A stretch of 64,000 bases of DNA from Acidimicrobiia bacterium (GTDB taxonomy: Bacteria; Actinomycetota; Acidimicrobiia; Spongiisociales; ZC4RG35): the NCBI GenBank assembly GCA_012270885.1, contig JAAXHN010000032.1, positions 28,688-92,687 of the forward strand, given 5' to 3'. Numbering within the stretch: position 1 is the stretch's first letter; every line of letters begins with the position of its first letter. Below, piece by piece: positions 26,288-36,518 of the stretch. Position numbers and translations under genes: made by a program. The notes under the pieces are model-generated. The model was given only the letters and a program-made list of their open reading frames with translations. It searched no databases and had not been told where the DNA came from.

Positions 26288-26323
26288 ACGGGTCCCGCCC
26301 CCCATGGAAGGAATGCTTCGCCC

Positions 26324-27643
26324 GTGATCCGAGGTTCCACGAGAGGTTGGGATCGGCGCATCCTGGCCTTGGCCGTTCCCGCCCTGGCCGCCTTGGTTGC
26401 CGATCCGCTGCTTTCGCTGGTGGACACCGCGTTCGTGGGGCGCCTGGGGAGGGTGGAGTTGGCCGCGCTGGGGGTGGACACGGCCCTGTTCGGCATGGCG
26501 TTCGCGGTCTGCAACTTCCTGGCTTTCGTGACCACTCCCATGGTGTCCCAGAGCCTGGGGCGGGGGGACAGGGCCGGAGCGGGGCGGGTGGTCAACCAGG
26601 CCATGGTGACCGCCATCGGCCTGGGGGTGGTCGGAGTGGCGTTGTTCTGGACGGCGTCGGGGGCCCTGGTGGGCATGATGCAGGCATCGGCGGAAGTGAC
26701 GGCTCCGGCGGTCGAGTATCTCCAGATCCGGGCCCTGGCCTTCCCGGCAGCCCTTCTGAACCTGGCATCCCACGGGATCTACCGCGGATACCAGGACACC
26801 CGTACCCCGATGTGGGTCTCGGTGGGGGTGAACGCCTTCAACGCGGCGCTGGATCCGGTTTTGATCTTCGGTCTGGGATGGGGCCTTGCCGGTGCGGGGT
26901 GGGCGACGGTCACCGCCCAATGGCTGGGCGCCGGATGCTTCTTCTTGCTGCTCTCCCGGCGTGCATCCATGGAGGGATGGTCGCTTCGGGGGACGAGGTG
27001 GGGCGATCTGCTGCGCTTCTGGGGGATGGGGGCGGTCCTGGCCCTCCGCACCCTGTTTCTGGTGATGACCCTCACTCTGAGCGTGGCGGCCGCGGCCCGG
27101 GTGGGGACGGTGGAGGTGGCTGCCCACCAGATCATGGTCGGGGTGTGGGCCCTCTGTTCCTTCACGCTCGATTCGATGGCCATCGCCGGCCAGGCCCTGG
27201 TGGGAGAGCAGACCGGACGCGGGGATGTCGCCAGCGCGCACCAGGTCACCAGGCGCCTTCTAGGATGGGGATTGGTGATGGGAGTGGTGATCGCCGGACT
27301 GCTGCTGGCGTCCGGCCCCTGGTTGGGCGGGGTATTCACCGACGACCGGGCGGTGGCTGACGCGGTGAGAGGAGTGGTGCCCCAGGCCGCCCTGATGCAG
27401 CCCCTGGGGGCCCTGGTGTTCGTGGCCGACGGGATATTCATGGCGGTCCTGGCCGTGCGTCTCCTGGCCGCCTCCACGGGTGCGGGCCTGGTGGCGGCGG
27501 CCGGCGTGTTGTGGATCTCGGACGCGGCGGGAGGGGGTTTGTCGGGGGTGTGGTGGGCGATCCTGGCAATGATCGTGGCTCGCTCCTGCGTGTTCGCCTG
27601 GGGAGGGCGACGGGGACTGGGGAAGTGGATAAGGGGCGTGTAG
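26324..27643 (+). CDS. MATE-family efflux transporter (DinF-like)
   Basis: 12-TM profile. N-terminal ILALAVPALAALVADPLLSLVDTAFVGRLG is characteristic of MATE proteins. Confidence 0.85.
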   Translation: MIRGSTRGWDRRILALAVPALAALVADPLLSLVDTAFVGRLGRVELAALGVDTALFGMAFAVCNFLAFVTTPMVSQSLGRGDRAGAGRVVNQAMVTAIGLGVVGVALFWTASGALVGMMQASAEVTAPAVEYLQIRALAFPAALLNLASHGIYRGYQDTRTPMWVSVGVNAFNAALDPVLIFGLGWGLAGAGWATVTAQWLGAGCFFLLLSRRASMEGWSLRGTRWGDLLRFWGMGAVLALRTLFLVMTLTLSVAAAARVGTVEVAAHQIMVGVWALCSFTLDSMAIAGQALVGEQTGRGDVASAHQVTRRLLGWGLVMGVVIAGLLLASGPWLGGVFTDDRAVADAVRGVVPQAALMQPLGALVFVADGIFMAVLAVRLLAASTGAGLVAAAGVLWISDAAGGGLSGVWWAILAMIVARSCVFAWGGRRGLGKWIRGV

Positions 27644-27735
27644 CGGTAAGCGGTCACCGCCCCGGACCAACGAGCGCAGTGCCGATGAGGCGGGAGTGGT
27701 ACGGGTTCGACTTCAACCCCTGACCGCCGGATCGG

Positions 27736-28332
27736 TCACGGTCTGGCGACGTCGAGGCGCTCGAGGAAGACCTGGACTAGCGGACCGATCAGCACGGCGA
27801 AGGCCACCGTGCCTAGCCCGATCGTTCCACCGAGTAGCCAGCCGACCAGCAACACCAAGCCCTCGATGAGAAACCGCGCCAGCCGAATCGAGAGGCCGCG
27901 CTTGGCCAATCCCGTCATGAGCCCGTCCCGCGGGCCCGGTCCCAGCCGCCTTCCGATGTATATGCCTGATCCGAGCGCCACGATCACGATCCCTCCCAGC
28001 ATGAGGGCCAGGCGCGCGACGAATGACGCCGGAGTTTCAACCAGGACCAGCGTGCCGTCGATCACCAATCCGACGACGATTATGTTGAGCACAGTGGCGA
28101 GCCCGGGCCGCTGCCGGAGGGGGATCCAAGCCAGCAGGACGACGAACCCGGTAAGGATCCCGGCCACCCCGATGGTGAGTGGGGTGTGGATCGAGATCCC
28201 CTGGTGAAGGGCCTCCCAGGGAGAGAGGCCGAGGTCGGCCTCCACCATGAGGCCCATACCGAATCCAAACAACACCAGACCGAAGATCACCGCCGGCAGC
28301 CGCCGCAACTTCGTCTGGGCTCGTTGGCTCAT
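27736..28332 (-). CDS. YczE/YitT-like integral membrane protein
   Basis: LVLFGFGMGLMVEADLGLSPWEALHQGIS.. and 5-6 TM helices. Confidence 0.6.
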   Translation of the reverse strand: MSQRAQTKLRRLPAVIFGLVLFGFGMGLMVEADLGLSPWEALHQGISIHTPLTIGVAGILTGFVVLLAWIPLRQRPGLATVLNIIVVGLVIDGTLVLVETPASFVARLALMLGGIVIVALGSGIYIGRRLGPGPRDGLMTGLAKRGLSIRLARFLIEGLVLLVGWLLGGTIGLGTVAFAVLIGPLVQVFLERLDVARP

Positions 28333-28685
28333 ACCGCCACCGATGCCCTGAACAGGAACCGCCTGTCCAACTCCGTGATAAGCACCCGACCGAACCCGCC
28401 GCCGGCGACTCGGGCGCCGAACCGGCCACGGAGACTCTCGGCGGCCCTCGGGTCGATCTCCACCGTGGTCAGATCGGCGACTCCATAATCGAGCAGCGCC
28501 TCGGTGACGAGCCCGGGGCCCGGTCCGATCTCCAACACCCGGCCCTCAAGGTCGATCCCGTCGAGTACATCGGGCAGCACTCGATCGACCATCAATCGTT
28601 TCCACCGCCGCGACTTGCAGTACCAGTCGTGGATGCAGTTCACATCGTTGCCGGCCGGATCGGACCGCTCCAAGAGATAGACCAC
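28329..28685 (-). CDS. class I SAM-dependent methyltransferase fragment (N-terminal Rossmann half only)
   Basis: Motif I VLEIGPGPGLVT and motif II acidic LTTVEID. The ORF ends after 118 aa with non-family sequence and overlaps the next gene by 4 nt. Confidence 0.5.
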   Translation of the reverse strand: MVYLLERSDPAGNDVNCIHDWYCKSRRWKRLMVDRVLPDVLDGIDLEGRVLEIGPGPGLVTEALLDYGVADLTTVEIDPRAAESLRGRFGARVAGGGFGRVLITELDRRFLFRASVAV

Positions 28686-28892
28686 CCGGTTGCTGACCCC
28701 GACCTAGGTTACTTCGGCCCTCGGCGCCCGAACCGGCCACAGATGAACAACTCTACACCGGCAAGCCGCCACTTCAACCAAGCCCGATCTGACCCCGCTT
28801 CATGGCTAGGGCCGTAAGCAGTCATCAACGGTAAAATCCCCACTGAAGGCAATAGATTCGCTTGTGGCCGTCAACGCTTGGAAGGCGCTTCG

Positions 28893-29666
28893 ATGGATTT
28901 CTTGGACATGGCTCTGGCACTGCAACTGGCGGTGGCGTTCGGAGGGGGACTCCTGGCTTTTATCTCTCCCTGCGTACTGCCGCTGCTGCCCGGATACCTG
29001 GCGATGGTGTCGGGGTATTCCGTGGCCGACCTCCAGAGAGGGGTGGCGTCCACCTCCAAGGTGCTCCGGGCCTCCCTTTTGTTTGTGGTGGGCTTCACCC
29101 TCATCTTCGTGGCCCAGGGGGCGGGCGCCACTTCCGTCTCCCGGTTTCTCCTGCAGAACCAGGTGGTGGTCACCCGGATCGCCGGAGCGGTGATCGCACT
29201 GTTCGGGGTTGCCATGGTGGGGATGTCCTTCTCCGGTTGGGGGATCTTCGGCTGGTTCTCCCGGGAGAGGCGGTTCCACGTGGTGTCCAACCGGTTCGGA
29301 GTCCTGTCTCCGGTGGTGTTGGGCGCCGCCTTCGGGTTCGGCTGGTCTCCCTGTATCGGCCCGATTCTGGGAGGGGTGTTGGCGATCGCCGCCGCCCAGG
29401 ACACGGTCCTGGCGGGCATGCTCCTCCTGTTTGTCTTCTCCCTGGGGATAGGGGTTCCCTTCGTACTCTCGGGAATCGGGCTGTCCAAAGCCTTCGGCGC
29501 CTTTGCGGTGGTCAGAAAGATCAGCCGCCCGCTGATCATCGTGGCCGGGGTTCTCATGACCGCGTTCGGGGTGCTGATGATGTTCAACGGACTCAGTTGG
29601 ATGTCGAGGGTGATCTCCAACCTCTTCGCTGCGCTCCCCCTGCTCAGTAATCTCACAGAGATCTAA
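28893..29666 (+). CDS. ccdA: cytochrome c biogenesis / thiol-disulfide electron transporter CcdA (DsbD family)
   Basis: GGGLLAFISPCVLPLLPGYLAMVSG and GWSPCIGPILGGVL (two conserved Cys), with 6 TM helices. Confidence 0.85.
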   Translation: MDFLDMALALQLAVAFGGGLLAFISPCVLPLLPGYLAMVSGYSVADLQRGVASTSKVLRASLLFVVGFTLIFVAQGAGATSVSRFLLQNQVVVTRIAGAVIALFGVAMVGMSFSGWGIFGWFSRERRFHVVSNRFGVLSPVVLGAAFGFGWSPCIGPILGGVLAIAAAQDTVLAGMLLLFVFSLGIGVPFVLSGIGLSKAFGAFAVVRKISRPLIIVAGVLMTAFGVLMMFNGLSWMSRVISNLFAALPLLSNLTEI

Positions 29667-29714
29667 CCAACAGCCAGAGTTTCCCCCAAGTCTCCGCTCA
29701 ACCACCCTTTCTGT

Positions 29715-31193
29715 ATGAACAACCTAACTGTCACCCCTTCCCTCGACGAGTACCTGGATCTGGCTGCCCGCTGCCGGGTGGTTCCCGTCGCGGTCAACCT
29801 GATCGGCGACCGGGAGACCCCGCTCACGGTCTTCCAGAAGCTGGCGACAGACCAACCGGGGTTCCTCCTGGAATCGGTGGAGGGAGGGGAGCGCTGGGCG
29901 CGCTGGTCGTTCGTGGGGTGGGACCCGGCTTTCATCCTTACCGCTCGGGACGGGAAATGTGAGATAACCGGGTCCGACATCGAGCTGCCGGATGGAGACC
30001 CCCTGGAGGTGCTGGAGGAGTTGCACCGCCAGTTCGCCCTGGCCGAGATGCCCGGGTTCCCGCCGCTCTATTCGGGGATGGTGGGATACCTGGGATATGA
30101 CTGTGTCCGCTATGTGGAGCATCTGCCCGACCGGCCTCCCGACGACCGGGGGCTCCCCGAGATGCTGTGGCACTTCCTGGGCGGACTGGCGGCGATCGAC
30201 CGTTTTTCACAGACCATCACCCTGATGAGGAACATTTATGGGGGCGAGGATCCGGTGACCGACTATCGGGAGGCCGTCGACCTGCTTACCCAGGATGCGG
30301 CCCGCCTGGCGGCGCCCCACCGGTACGAGCTTCAACCTGTGGTTCCCGAGTTGCCGCCAACCCCGCCCTTTGTCTCCACGTTCACCCGTCCCGAGTATGA
30401 GGCGGCGGTGGTGAAGGCCCGGGACTACGTGTGGGCCGGCGAGGTTTTCCAGGTGCTTCCCAGCCAGCGGCTGACGGTGCCGTTCTCGGGGGACAGTCTC
30501 GACATCTACCGGGCGCTCCGGCTCATAAACCCTTCCCCCTATCTGTTCTATGTGCGGTCGCCGGAGGTGGAGATCGTGGGATCGTCACCGGAGCTGATGA
30601 CCCGGGTTCGGGACGGGAAGGTCTACTCCCGTCCCATCGCCGGGACCCGTCCCCGGGGCGCCACCCCCGCTGAAGACGCCGCCCTGGCCAAGGAACTCCT
30701 GGCCGACCCCAAGGAGCGGGCCGAGCATGTCATGCTGGTGGATCTGGCCCGAAACGACGTTGGACGGGTGTGTGAGTTCGGCACCGTGCAGGTGGACGAA
30801 TTGATGGTGATAGAGCGTTACAGCCACGTGATGCACATCGTGTCGGCCGTTTCGGGGACCCTTCGAGATGAGGTGGGTCCCGTTGATGCGCTGCGCGCCA
30901 CCTTCCCGCACGGGACGGTCTCCGGAGCGCCCAAGGTCCGGGCCATGGAGATCATCGACGAGTTGGAGCCGGTGGCCCGCGGTCCCTACGCGGGTGCGGT
31001 GGGTTACATCGACTTCTCGGGCACGATGGACACCGCCATCTGCCTGCGTACCGTGATCGTGGCCGACGGTTCGGCCTGGGTGCAGGCCGGTGGGGGAGTG
31101 GTGGCCGACAGCCAGCCCGGGTTCGAGTACGAAGAGACCATGAACAAGGCGGCGGCCCCGCTGGCCGCCATCGCCCTGGCCGCCCGTGGCTGA
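29715..31193 (+). CDS. trpE: anthranilate synthase component I
   Basis: LLESVEGGERWARWSF, FQVLPSQR, PSPYLFY, GTRPRG, MLVDLARNDVGRV, GAPKVRAMEIIDELE, GPYAGAVGY. Confidence 0.95.
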   Translation: MNNLTVTPSLDEYLDLAARCRVVPVAVNLIGDRETPLTVFQKLATDQPGFLLESVEGGERWARWSFVGWDPAFILTARDGKCEITGSDIELPDGDPLEVLEELHRQFALAEMPGFPPLYSGMVGYLGYDCVRYVEHLPDRPPDDRGLPEMLWHFLGGLAAIDRFSQTITLMRNIYGGEDPVTDYREAVDLLTQDAARLAAPHRYELQPVVPELPPTPPFVSTFTRPEYEAAVVKARDYVWAGEVFQVLPSQRLTVPFSGDSLDIYRALRLINPSPYLFYVRSPEVEIVGSSPELMTRVRDGKVYSRPIAGTRPRGATPAEDAALAKELLADPKERAEHVMLVDLARNDVGRVCEFGTVQVDELMVIERYSHVMHIVSAVSGTLRDEVGPVDALRATFPHGTVSGAPKVRAMEIIDELEPVARGPYAGAVGYIDFSGTMDTAICLRTVIVADGSAWVQAGGGVVADSQPGFEYEETMNKAAAPLAAIALAARG

Positions 31194-32166
31194 TTTGGGA
31201 CTCGGGGGTTCGGTCGATGTCGGGTCTGCGGCGCCCGACAGCTTCGGGAATGTGACGGGTGAGTACCTGGCCCTTCGCAGGGGATGCGGGCTGGTGTCGG
31301 AGCGGTGGGAGGTTGTGTGGGTGGAGGGACCGGATGCGGTCCCGTTCCTCCAGGGCCTGGTATCAGCCGACGTGGAGGAACTTTCGGAGCGGGGGGTGTG
31401 TCGCTCCTACCTCCTGACTCCCCGGGGCATGGTCCGCTTCTCACTGTGGGTATTGAAAGAAGGCGACAAGCTGGGTCTGGTGTGTGGCCGGGGCGAGGGT
31501 GCGCCGCTGGCCGAGACCTTCGAGTACTACCGGATCCGTATCAAGGCAAAGGTCCGCCTCGATCCCCGGCCGGTCTCCGCCTTGGTGGGACCCACCGTTC
31601 CTTGGACCGAAGCCGTCGAGGAAGACAGGTGGGAAAACCGCGGCGAGGACTTCCGGGCGCCCGCCCCTCTGGCCGGCACTCCGAGGGTGTTCTTCACCGG
31701 CGAGGCACCCGGTGGGATCCGACCGGTGGGAGAGCTTGCCTGGCGGGCGGTGCGGGTGGAGAGCGGCGAACCGGAGGTGGGCAGGGACCTGGATGACCGG
31801 ACCATCCCCCAGGAGACCGGGGAGTTGGCGGACGCGGCGATCTCCTTTGACAAGGGGTGCTACCTCGGCCAAGAGTTGGCGGCCCGGATCGACAGCCGGG
31901 GGCGGGTGAATCGTACTTTGCGGGGCCTGGAGGTGAGGACCAATCTCCTCCCTCCCGAGGGAGCGGACGTGTGGAAGGATAAGCGGAAGGTGGGGAAGAT
32001 CACTTCTGTGGCCGAGTCTTTGGAGTTGATGGCTCCGGTGGGACTCTCCCTGATCAGGCGGGGCACCGACCCCGGAGATGAGGTTCGGATCCGCTGGGAA
32101 GGAGGGAATGCGCCCGCCCGGGTTAGAGCGCTTCCGATGGTGCTCGGCTCATCCGGTTCTGCCTGA
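31186..32166 (+). CDS. YgfZ/GcvT-like folate-binding protein
   Basis: FDKGCYLGQELAARIDSRGRVNRTLRGL (the KGCYxGQE motif of YgfZ-type proteins). Overlaps the trpE stop by 8 nt. Confidence 0.75.
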   Translation: MADLGLGGSVDVGSAAPDSFGNVTGEYLALRRGCGLVSERWEVVWVEGPDAVPFLQGLVSADVEELSERGVCRSYLLTPRGMVRFSLWVLKEGDKLGLVCGRGEGAPLAETFEYYRIRIKAKVRLDPRPVSALVGPTVPWTEAVEEDRWENRGEDFRAPAPLAGTPRVFFTGEAPGGIRPVGELAWRAVRVESGEPEVGRDLDDRTIPQETGELADAAISFDKGCYLGQELAARIDSRGRVNRTLRGLEVRTNLLPPEGADVWKDKRKVGKITSVAESLELMAPVGLSLIRRGTDPGDEVRIRWEGGNAPARVRALPMVLGSSGSA

Positions 32167-32180
32167 TCGACACAAGGGGC

Positions 32181-32226
32181 ACACTAGTGTTGCATTCTGC
32201 ATAGAATATGCAAGCATTATGCTATC
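32181..32226 (+). promoter_or_regulatory. AT-rich palindromes (ACACTAGTGT; GCATTCT-GCAT-AGAATATGC) and a CATTAT box 6 nt upstream of the vapB ATG
   Basis: Read directly. ACACTAGTGT (32181-32190) is a perfect palindrome. 32192-32211 is an imperfect inverted repeat. CATTAT is at 32215-32220 and the ATG at 32227, with no Shine-Dalgarno. Confidence 0.35.
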
Positions 32227-32448
32227 ATGAAGACTCTTTACCTGCGAAATGTCCCGGATCTGGTGGCAATTCGCCTGAAAACGCTGGCGCAGCGGGAAGG
32301 GATGTCCGTATCTGCCTTCGCTCTCCGGGAACTCTCCTTAATCTCCCGTCGGGCGGACAATGCGGCCATACTTGCCGACCTCCCTGACCTAAGGGTTCCT
32401 CGACCAGAGATTCTGGCGGCTCTGAAAGAAGGACGCGCCGGTCGGTGA
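32227..32448 (+). CDS. vapB: FitA/VapB-like antitoxin
   Basis: MKTLYLRNVPDLVAIRLKTLAQREGMSVSAFALRELSLI. Paralogous in pattern to the 22497-22733 antitoxin. Confidence 0.75.
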   Translation: MKTLYLRNVPDLVAIRLKTLAQREGMSVSAFALRELSLISRRADNAAILADLPDLRVPRPEILAALKEGRAGR

Positions 32449-32828
32449 TCGTAATCGACGCCTCGGCGGCGTTGGACGCGTTGCTTTCGTCGGGGGAAGC
32501 TCGTCGAAGGTTGGGCTCGGAGTCGGTGGCGGCGCCGCACTTGGTGGATTCGGAGATCTGTCACTCCTTGCGCCGCCTTTGCAGGCTGGGAGCGATCAGC
32601 GTCCGGGAAGCTGAGCGCTTAATCGGTGATTGGGCACGATTAGGGATTCAACGGTTCGGCGTGGTCGCTCTCTCGGGCCGTGTCTGGGAGTTGCGCGACA
32701 ACCTGACTGCATACGACGCAACCTACGTAGCCCTGGCAGAAGCGCTGGATTGCCCCCTGTTGACCACCGATCTTCATCTCGTCCGAGTCCCGGGATTGCG
32801 ATGCTCCATTACCGTCCTGCCGGATTAG
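32445..32828 (+). CDS. vapC: PIN-domain toxin VapC
   Basis: MIVIDASAALDALL.., HLVDSEICHSL, TAYDATYVALAEALDCPLLTTDLHL. 4-nt overlap with the antitoxin. Clear paralogue of 22105-22500. Confidence 0.85.
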   Translation: MIVIDASAALDALLSSGEARRRLGSESVAAPHLVDSEICHSLRRLCRLGAISVREAERLIGDWARLGIQRFGVVALSGRVWELRDNLTAYDATYVALAEALDCPLLTTDLHLVRVPGLRCSITVLPD

Positions 32829-33000
32829 CAGGCGGCCGCCTCCAGAGTGCTCCGCCGCGGCAGGGCAACCCGGCGAAACCGTTCGGAGATCCCCGGGAGG
32901 TCCTTCCGCGGCGCCCGACCCCCGGCCACGAGCGCTTCCCGTCTCTCCAGCGGTCCTCCGGGCGGCATCGCGGGTTGGTGGGGTCTCGTAGAATCGCAGG

Positions 33001-33765
33001 GTGATGCTCGATGAGATAATCTCTTCAACCCATCGGCGGATCACGGTACTCAAGGACCGCGGCGGCGAGGATAGCCCCCGGCGCGGGGTAACAGGCCGTT
33101 TCGAGACGGCCCTGGCCAGGCCGGGCCTGGCTGTGATCGGGGAGATCAAGAGACGGTCTCCGTCCCGAGGCGTGTTGGCCGAAGGGCTTGACCCGGTACG
33201 CCAGGCCAGGATCTACGAAGGGGCGGGAGCGGCGGCGGTTTCGGTCCTGACCGAGCCGGATCACTTCGGGGGCTCCAACCATGACCTGACCCGGGTCGCC
33301 GAGGCGGTGGGGATCCCGGTCCTGCGTAAGGATTTCACCCTCGATCCCGCTCAGGTTTGGGAGGCAGCAGGGATCGGGGCTGACGCGGTCCTCCTGATCG
33401 TTGCGATCCTCGATGATCGCCGTCTCGGAGAACTGCTGGAGGTGTCGGCCGAGGCCGGCCTGGCGGCCTTGGTCGAGGTGCACAATGCCCAAGAGGCCCG
33501 GCGGGCGGTCCGGGCCGGAGCCGGCATCGTGGGGGTCAACAATCGGGATCTGCGCAACTTCACCGTCGACCTGGGAACCTCACTTCATCTGGCCCCGATG
33601 CTGGCCGACGCAAAGATTCGGATCGCCGAAAGCGGAATCCACACGCCTGCCCAAGCTGCGGAGATGGCCGCGGCGGGCTTTGACGCGGTGCTCGTGGGCG
33701 AGGCGCTGGTTCGGGCCCGGAGTCCGGGAGACCTGGTGTCGCAGATGAGGGAAGCGGTGGGTTGA
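33001..33765 (+). CDS. trpC: indole-3-glycerol-phosphate synthase
   Basis: VIGEIKRRSPSRG, SVLTEPDHFGGS, PVLRKDFTLDPAQV, GVNNRDLRNFTVD, ESGIHT. Confidence 0.9.
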   Translation: MMLDEIISSTHRRITVLKDRGGEDSPRRGVTGRFETALARPGLAVIGEIKRRSPSRGVLAEGLDPVRQARIYEGAGAAAVSVLTEPDHFGGSNHDLTRVAEAVGIPVLRKDFTLDPAQVWEAAGIGADAVLLIVAILDDRRLGELLEVSAEAGLAALVEVHNAQEARRAVRAGAGIVGVNNRDLRNFTVDLGTSLHLAPMLADAKIRIAESGIHTPAQAAEMAAAGFDAVLVGEALVRARSPGDLVSQMREAVG

Positions 33766-34370
33766 TGGTCTGGGTGAAGGTGTGCGGGATCTCGAAGAGA
33801 ACCGACCTCGATGCCGCGGCGGAAGCCGGCGCCGACGCGGTCGGCCTTGTGCTGGCGGCCGGCACTCCCCGCTGCATCACGGTCGATCAGGCCACGCGAC
33901 TGGCGGGCCAATCCCCTGTCCCGGGAATCCTGGTTACGGTGGACGAGAGTCCGGAGGATCTGATGGAACTGGTCGAACGGACCGGGGCCCGGGGTGTACA
34001 GCCCCACGGGGAGCATCAGGCCGATGCGGCGAAGGAGGCTGCTCGCAACGGGCTGATGGTGCTGAGGCCGGTGAGGGTGGGAAAGGACCGGTTCTCCCTT
34101 GATCACGTGCCCGGTTCCCAGATCCCCATTCTCGACACCGCCGACACCCGTCGGCACGGAGGTACCGGCCGGACCTTCGACCACGACGCCCTGCCACCTA
34201 TCCATCGGAGGTGGGTCCTGGCCGGGGGAATGGGCCCCCACAACGTTGCGGAGGCGATTCAAAAGCTGCAACCATGGGGTGTGGATGCCTCCTCTCATCT
34301 AGAGTCGGAGTTGGGAGTGAAGGATCCCGCCCGTATACATGCGTTCGTGAGAGAGGCCAAAGGACAATGA
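33762..34370 (+). CDS. trpF: phosphoribosylanthranilate isomerase
   Basis: [57 protein letters not shown]. Confidence 0.85.
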   Translation: MMVWVKVCGISKRTDLDAAAEAGADAVGLVLAAGTPRCITVDQATRLAGQSPVPGILVTVDESPEDLMELVERTGARGVQPHGEHQADAAKEAARNGLMVLRPVRVGKDRFSLDHVPGSQIPILDTADTRRHGGTGRTFDHDALPPIHRRWVLAGGMGPHNVAEAIQKLQPWGVDASSHLESELGVKDPARIHAFVREAKGQ

Positions 34371-35536
34371 GAGCCAGACTGCACCGTCCTGACCGGAGGG
34401 GTCGCTTCGGGGAGTACGGGGGACGTTTCGCGCCCGAGACCCTGATGACTGCCCTGGAAGAGTTGGAGGTGGAGTTCGCCGCCGCCTGGGCCGATCCGCT
34501 GTTTGTTGGCGAGTATCACCGGATGTTGGAGCTTTATGTGGGACGTCCCACCCCCCTGTATCCGGCTCATCGGCTCAGCGAACGGCTGGGAGTCGAGGTG
34601 TGGCTCAAGCGGGAGGACCTGGCCCATACCGGAGCTCACAAGATCAACAACGCTCTCGGGCAGGGACTCTTGGCCCATCGCATGGGGAAGCCGCGCATCA
34701 TCGCCGAGACCGGGGCCGGACAGCACGGGGTGGCCACCGCCACCGCCGCGGCGGTGCTGGGCCTCGAGTGCCAGGTGTACATGGGGGAGGTCGACATCCG
34801 CCGCCAGGCGCCCAACGTCTCCCGGATGCAGATCCTGGGCGCCGATGTGATCGGGGTGGCGACGGGGGCGGGGACGCTCAAGGACGCGGTGAGCGAGGCG
34901 ATGCGGGACTGGGCTCGAACCGTGGAAGAGACCCAGTACGTGATAGGGTCGGTGGTGGGTCCCCATCCCTTCCCGTGGATGGTCCGGGAACTGCAGAAAG
35001 TGATCGGCGACGAGGTGCTGCGCCAGTCTGAGCAACTGCCCGATGTGGCGGTGGCCTGCGTGGGCGGCGGCTCTAATGCGATCGGCATGTTCTGGCCCCT
35101 GGCGGGGACAGGAGTGGAGTTGGTGGGGGTGGAGGCCGGAGGAGAGGGGATCGGAACGGGACGCCACGGGGCTTCCATCGGAGCGGGAAGCCCGGGAATC
35201 CTGCACGGCGCCCGCACCTACATGCTCCAGGACGATGACGGCCAGGTCCTCGAGGCCCACTCCATATCGGCGGGTCTCGACTATCCGGGGGTGGGGCCGG
35301 AGCACTCCTACTTCCAGGAGGTGGGCCTGGCCCGCTATGTCTCGGTCACCGACCGCGAAGCGCTGGACGGGGTGAGGCTCCTGGCTCTGACCGAGGGGAT
35401 CATCCCCGCCCTGGAGAGCGCCCATGCGGTGGCTTGGGTGGCGAGGGAGGCGGCGTCTCTCCGTCACAAGACGGTGCTGATCAATCTCTCGGGAAGGGGT
35501 GACAAGGACATGGAAATGTTGGTGGAAAGCCTGTGA
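34367..35536 (+). CDS. trpB: tryptophan synthase beta chain
   Basis: [32 protein letters not shown] (PLP Lys), [23 protein letters not shown] 34367 overlaps the trpF stop; the track ORF starts earlier at 34211. Confidence 0.95.
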   Translation: MRARLHRPDRRGRFGEYGGRFAPETLMTALEELEVEFAAAWADPLFVGEYHRMLELYVGRPTPLYPAHRLSERLGVEVWLKREDLAHTGAHKINNALGQGLLAHRMGKPRIIAETGAGQHGVATATAAAVLGLECQVYMGEVDIRRQAPNVSRMQILGADVIGVATGAGTLKDAVSEAMRDWARTVEETQYVIGSVVGPHPFPWMVRELQKVIGDEVLRQSEQLPDVAVACVGGGSNAIGMFWPLAGTGVELVGVEAGGEGIGTGRHGASIGAGSPGILHGARTYMLQDDDGQVLEAHSISAGLDYPGVGPEHSYFQEVGLARYVSVTDREALDGVRLLALTEGIIPALESAHAVAWVAREAASLRHKTVLINLSGRGDKDMEMLVESL

Positions 35537-36375
35537 GCAACCACGACCCGGCAGCCGCGGCGCGGATGCGCTCGGGTGCGGAGCGGATCGCGGATCTCTT
35601 CTCCGTTGCCCGTGAGGAGGACCGGGCGGTCTTCTTGCCGTTCCTGACCGCCGGGCTCCCCAATCCGGCTTCGTCGACCAGGCTGTTCAGGGCCATGGCG
35701 GAGGCGGGCGCTGACGGCTTCGAAGTGGGGATACCGTACTCGGATCCGCTCATGGACGGGCCGGTCATCTGCCGGGGGAGCGAGCAGGCCATTTCGGAGG
35801 GGGCCACCTTGGACCGCAGCCTCTCCATTCTCGGCGAGGTGGCGGAGACCACCGGTCTTCCCTCGTTGGCGATGACCTACGCCAATCCGGTGTTCCGCCG
35901 GGGCGTGGACCGGTTCTGCGACCGCCTTGCCGAGGCCGGAGCCGCCGGGTTGATCGTGGCCGACCTTCCTTTCGATGAGGCGGGCTCCCTGGGCGACGCC
36001 GCCCGCCGCCACGGCCTGGGACTGGTGCTTTTCGTGGCGCTCACCTCCGGTTACAACCGCATCAGGGCCGTGGCCGAGGCGGCGCCTTCCTTCATATATG
36101 CGGTCGCCAACCTGGGGGTAACGGGAGAACGGAGGGAGTGGAGCGGCCGCGTGGAGAGGCTCGTGGAGGGAATCCGCGAAGTGACCGACATTCCGGTGGT
36201 TCTGGGGGTGGGCATCTCCACTCCCGAGCAGGCTGCGATCGCCGCCGAACTGGCGGACGGCTTCATAGTGGGAACCGCCCTGGTCCGGCGGGTCCTGGAG
36301 TCCTCAGGCGAGCAGGATGCGGCCCGGTCTGTGGCGGGCCTGGTGGAGGAGATGGCTTCGGCCGCTCGTAGATGA
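35533..36375 (+). CDS. trpA: tryptophan synthase alpha chain
   Basis: [51 protein letters not shown]. Confidence 0.9.
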   Translation: MSNHDPAAAARMRSGAERIADLFSVAREEDRAVFLPFLTAGLPNPASSTRLFRAMAEAGADGFEVGIPYSDPLMDGPVICRGSEQAISEGATLDRSLSILGEVAETTGLPSLAMTYANPVFRRGVDRFCDRLAEAGAAGLIVADLPFDEAGSLGDAARRHGLGLVLFVALTSGYNRIRAVAEAAPSFIYAVANLGVTGERREWSGRVERLVEGIREVTDIPVVLGVGISTPEQAAIAAELADGFIVGTALVRRVLESSGEQDAARSVAGLVEEMASAARR

Positions 36376-36518
36376 GCCGATCGGCGGGAAACATCACAAC
36401 CGGGGAGGCGTCTTGGTAGGGGAGGGAGGAATGACAAGTCATAGGGATTCGTCCATGCCTATTGTGAGATTTCGAAAAGGGGACGAACCATGCAACAGAT
36501 TCTGAAAGGGGAGAAACC

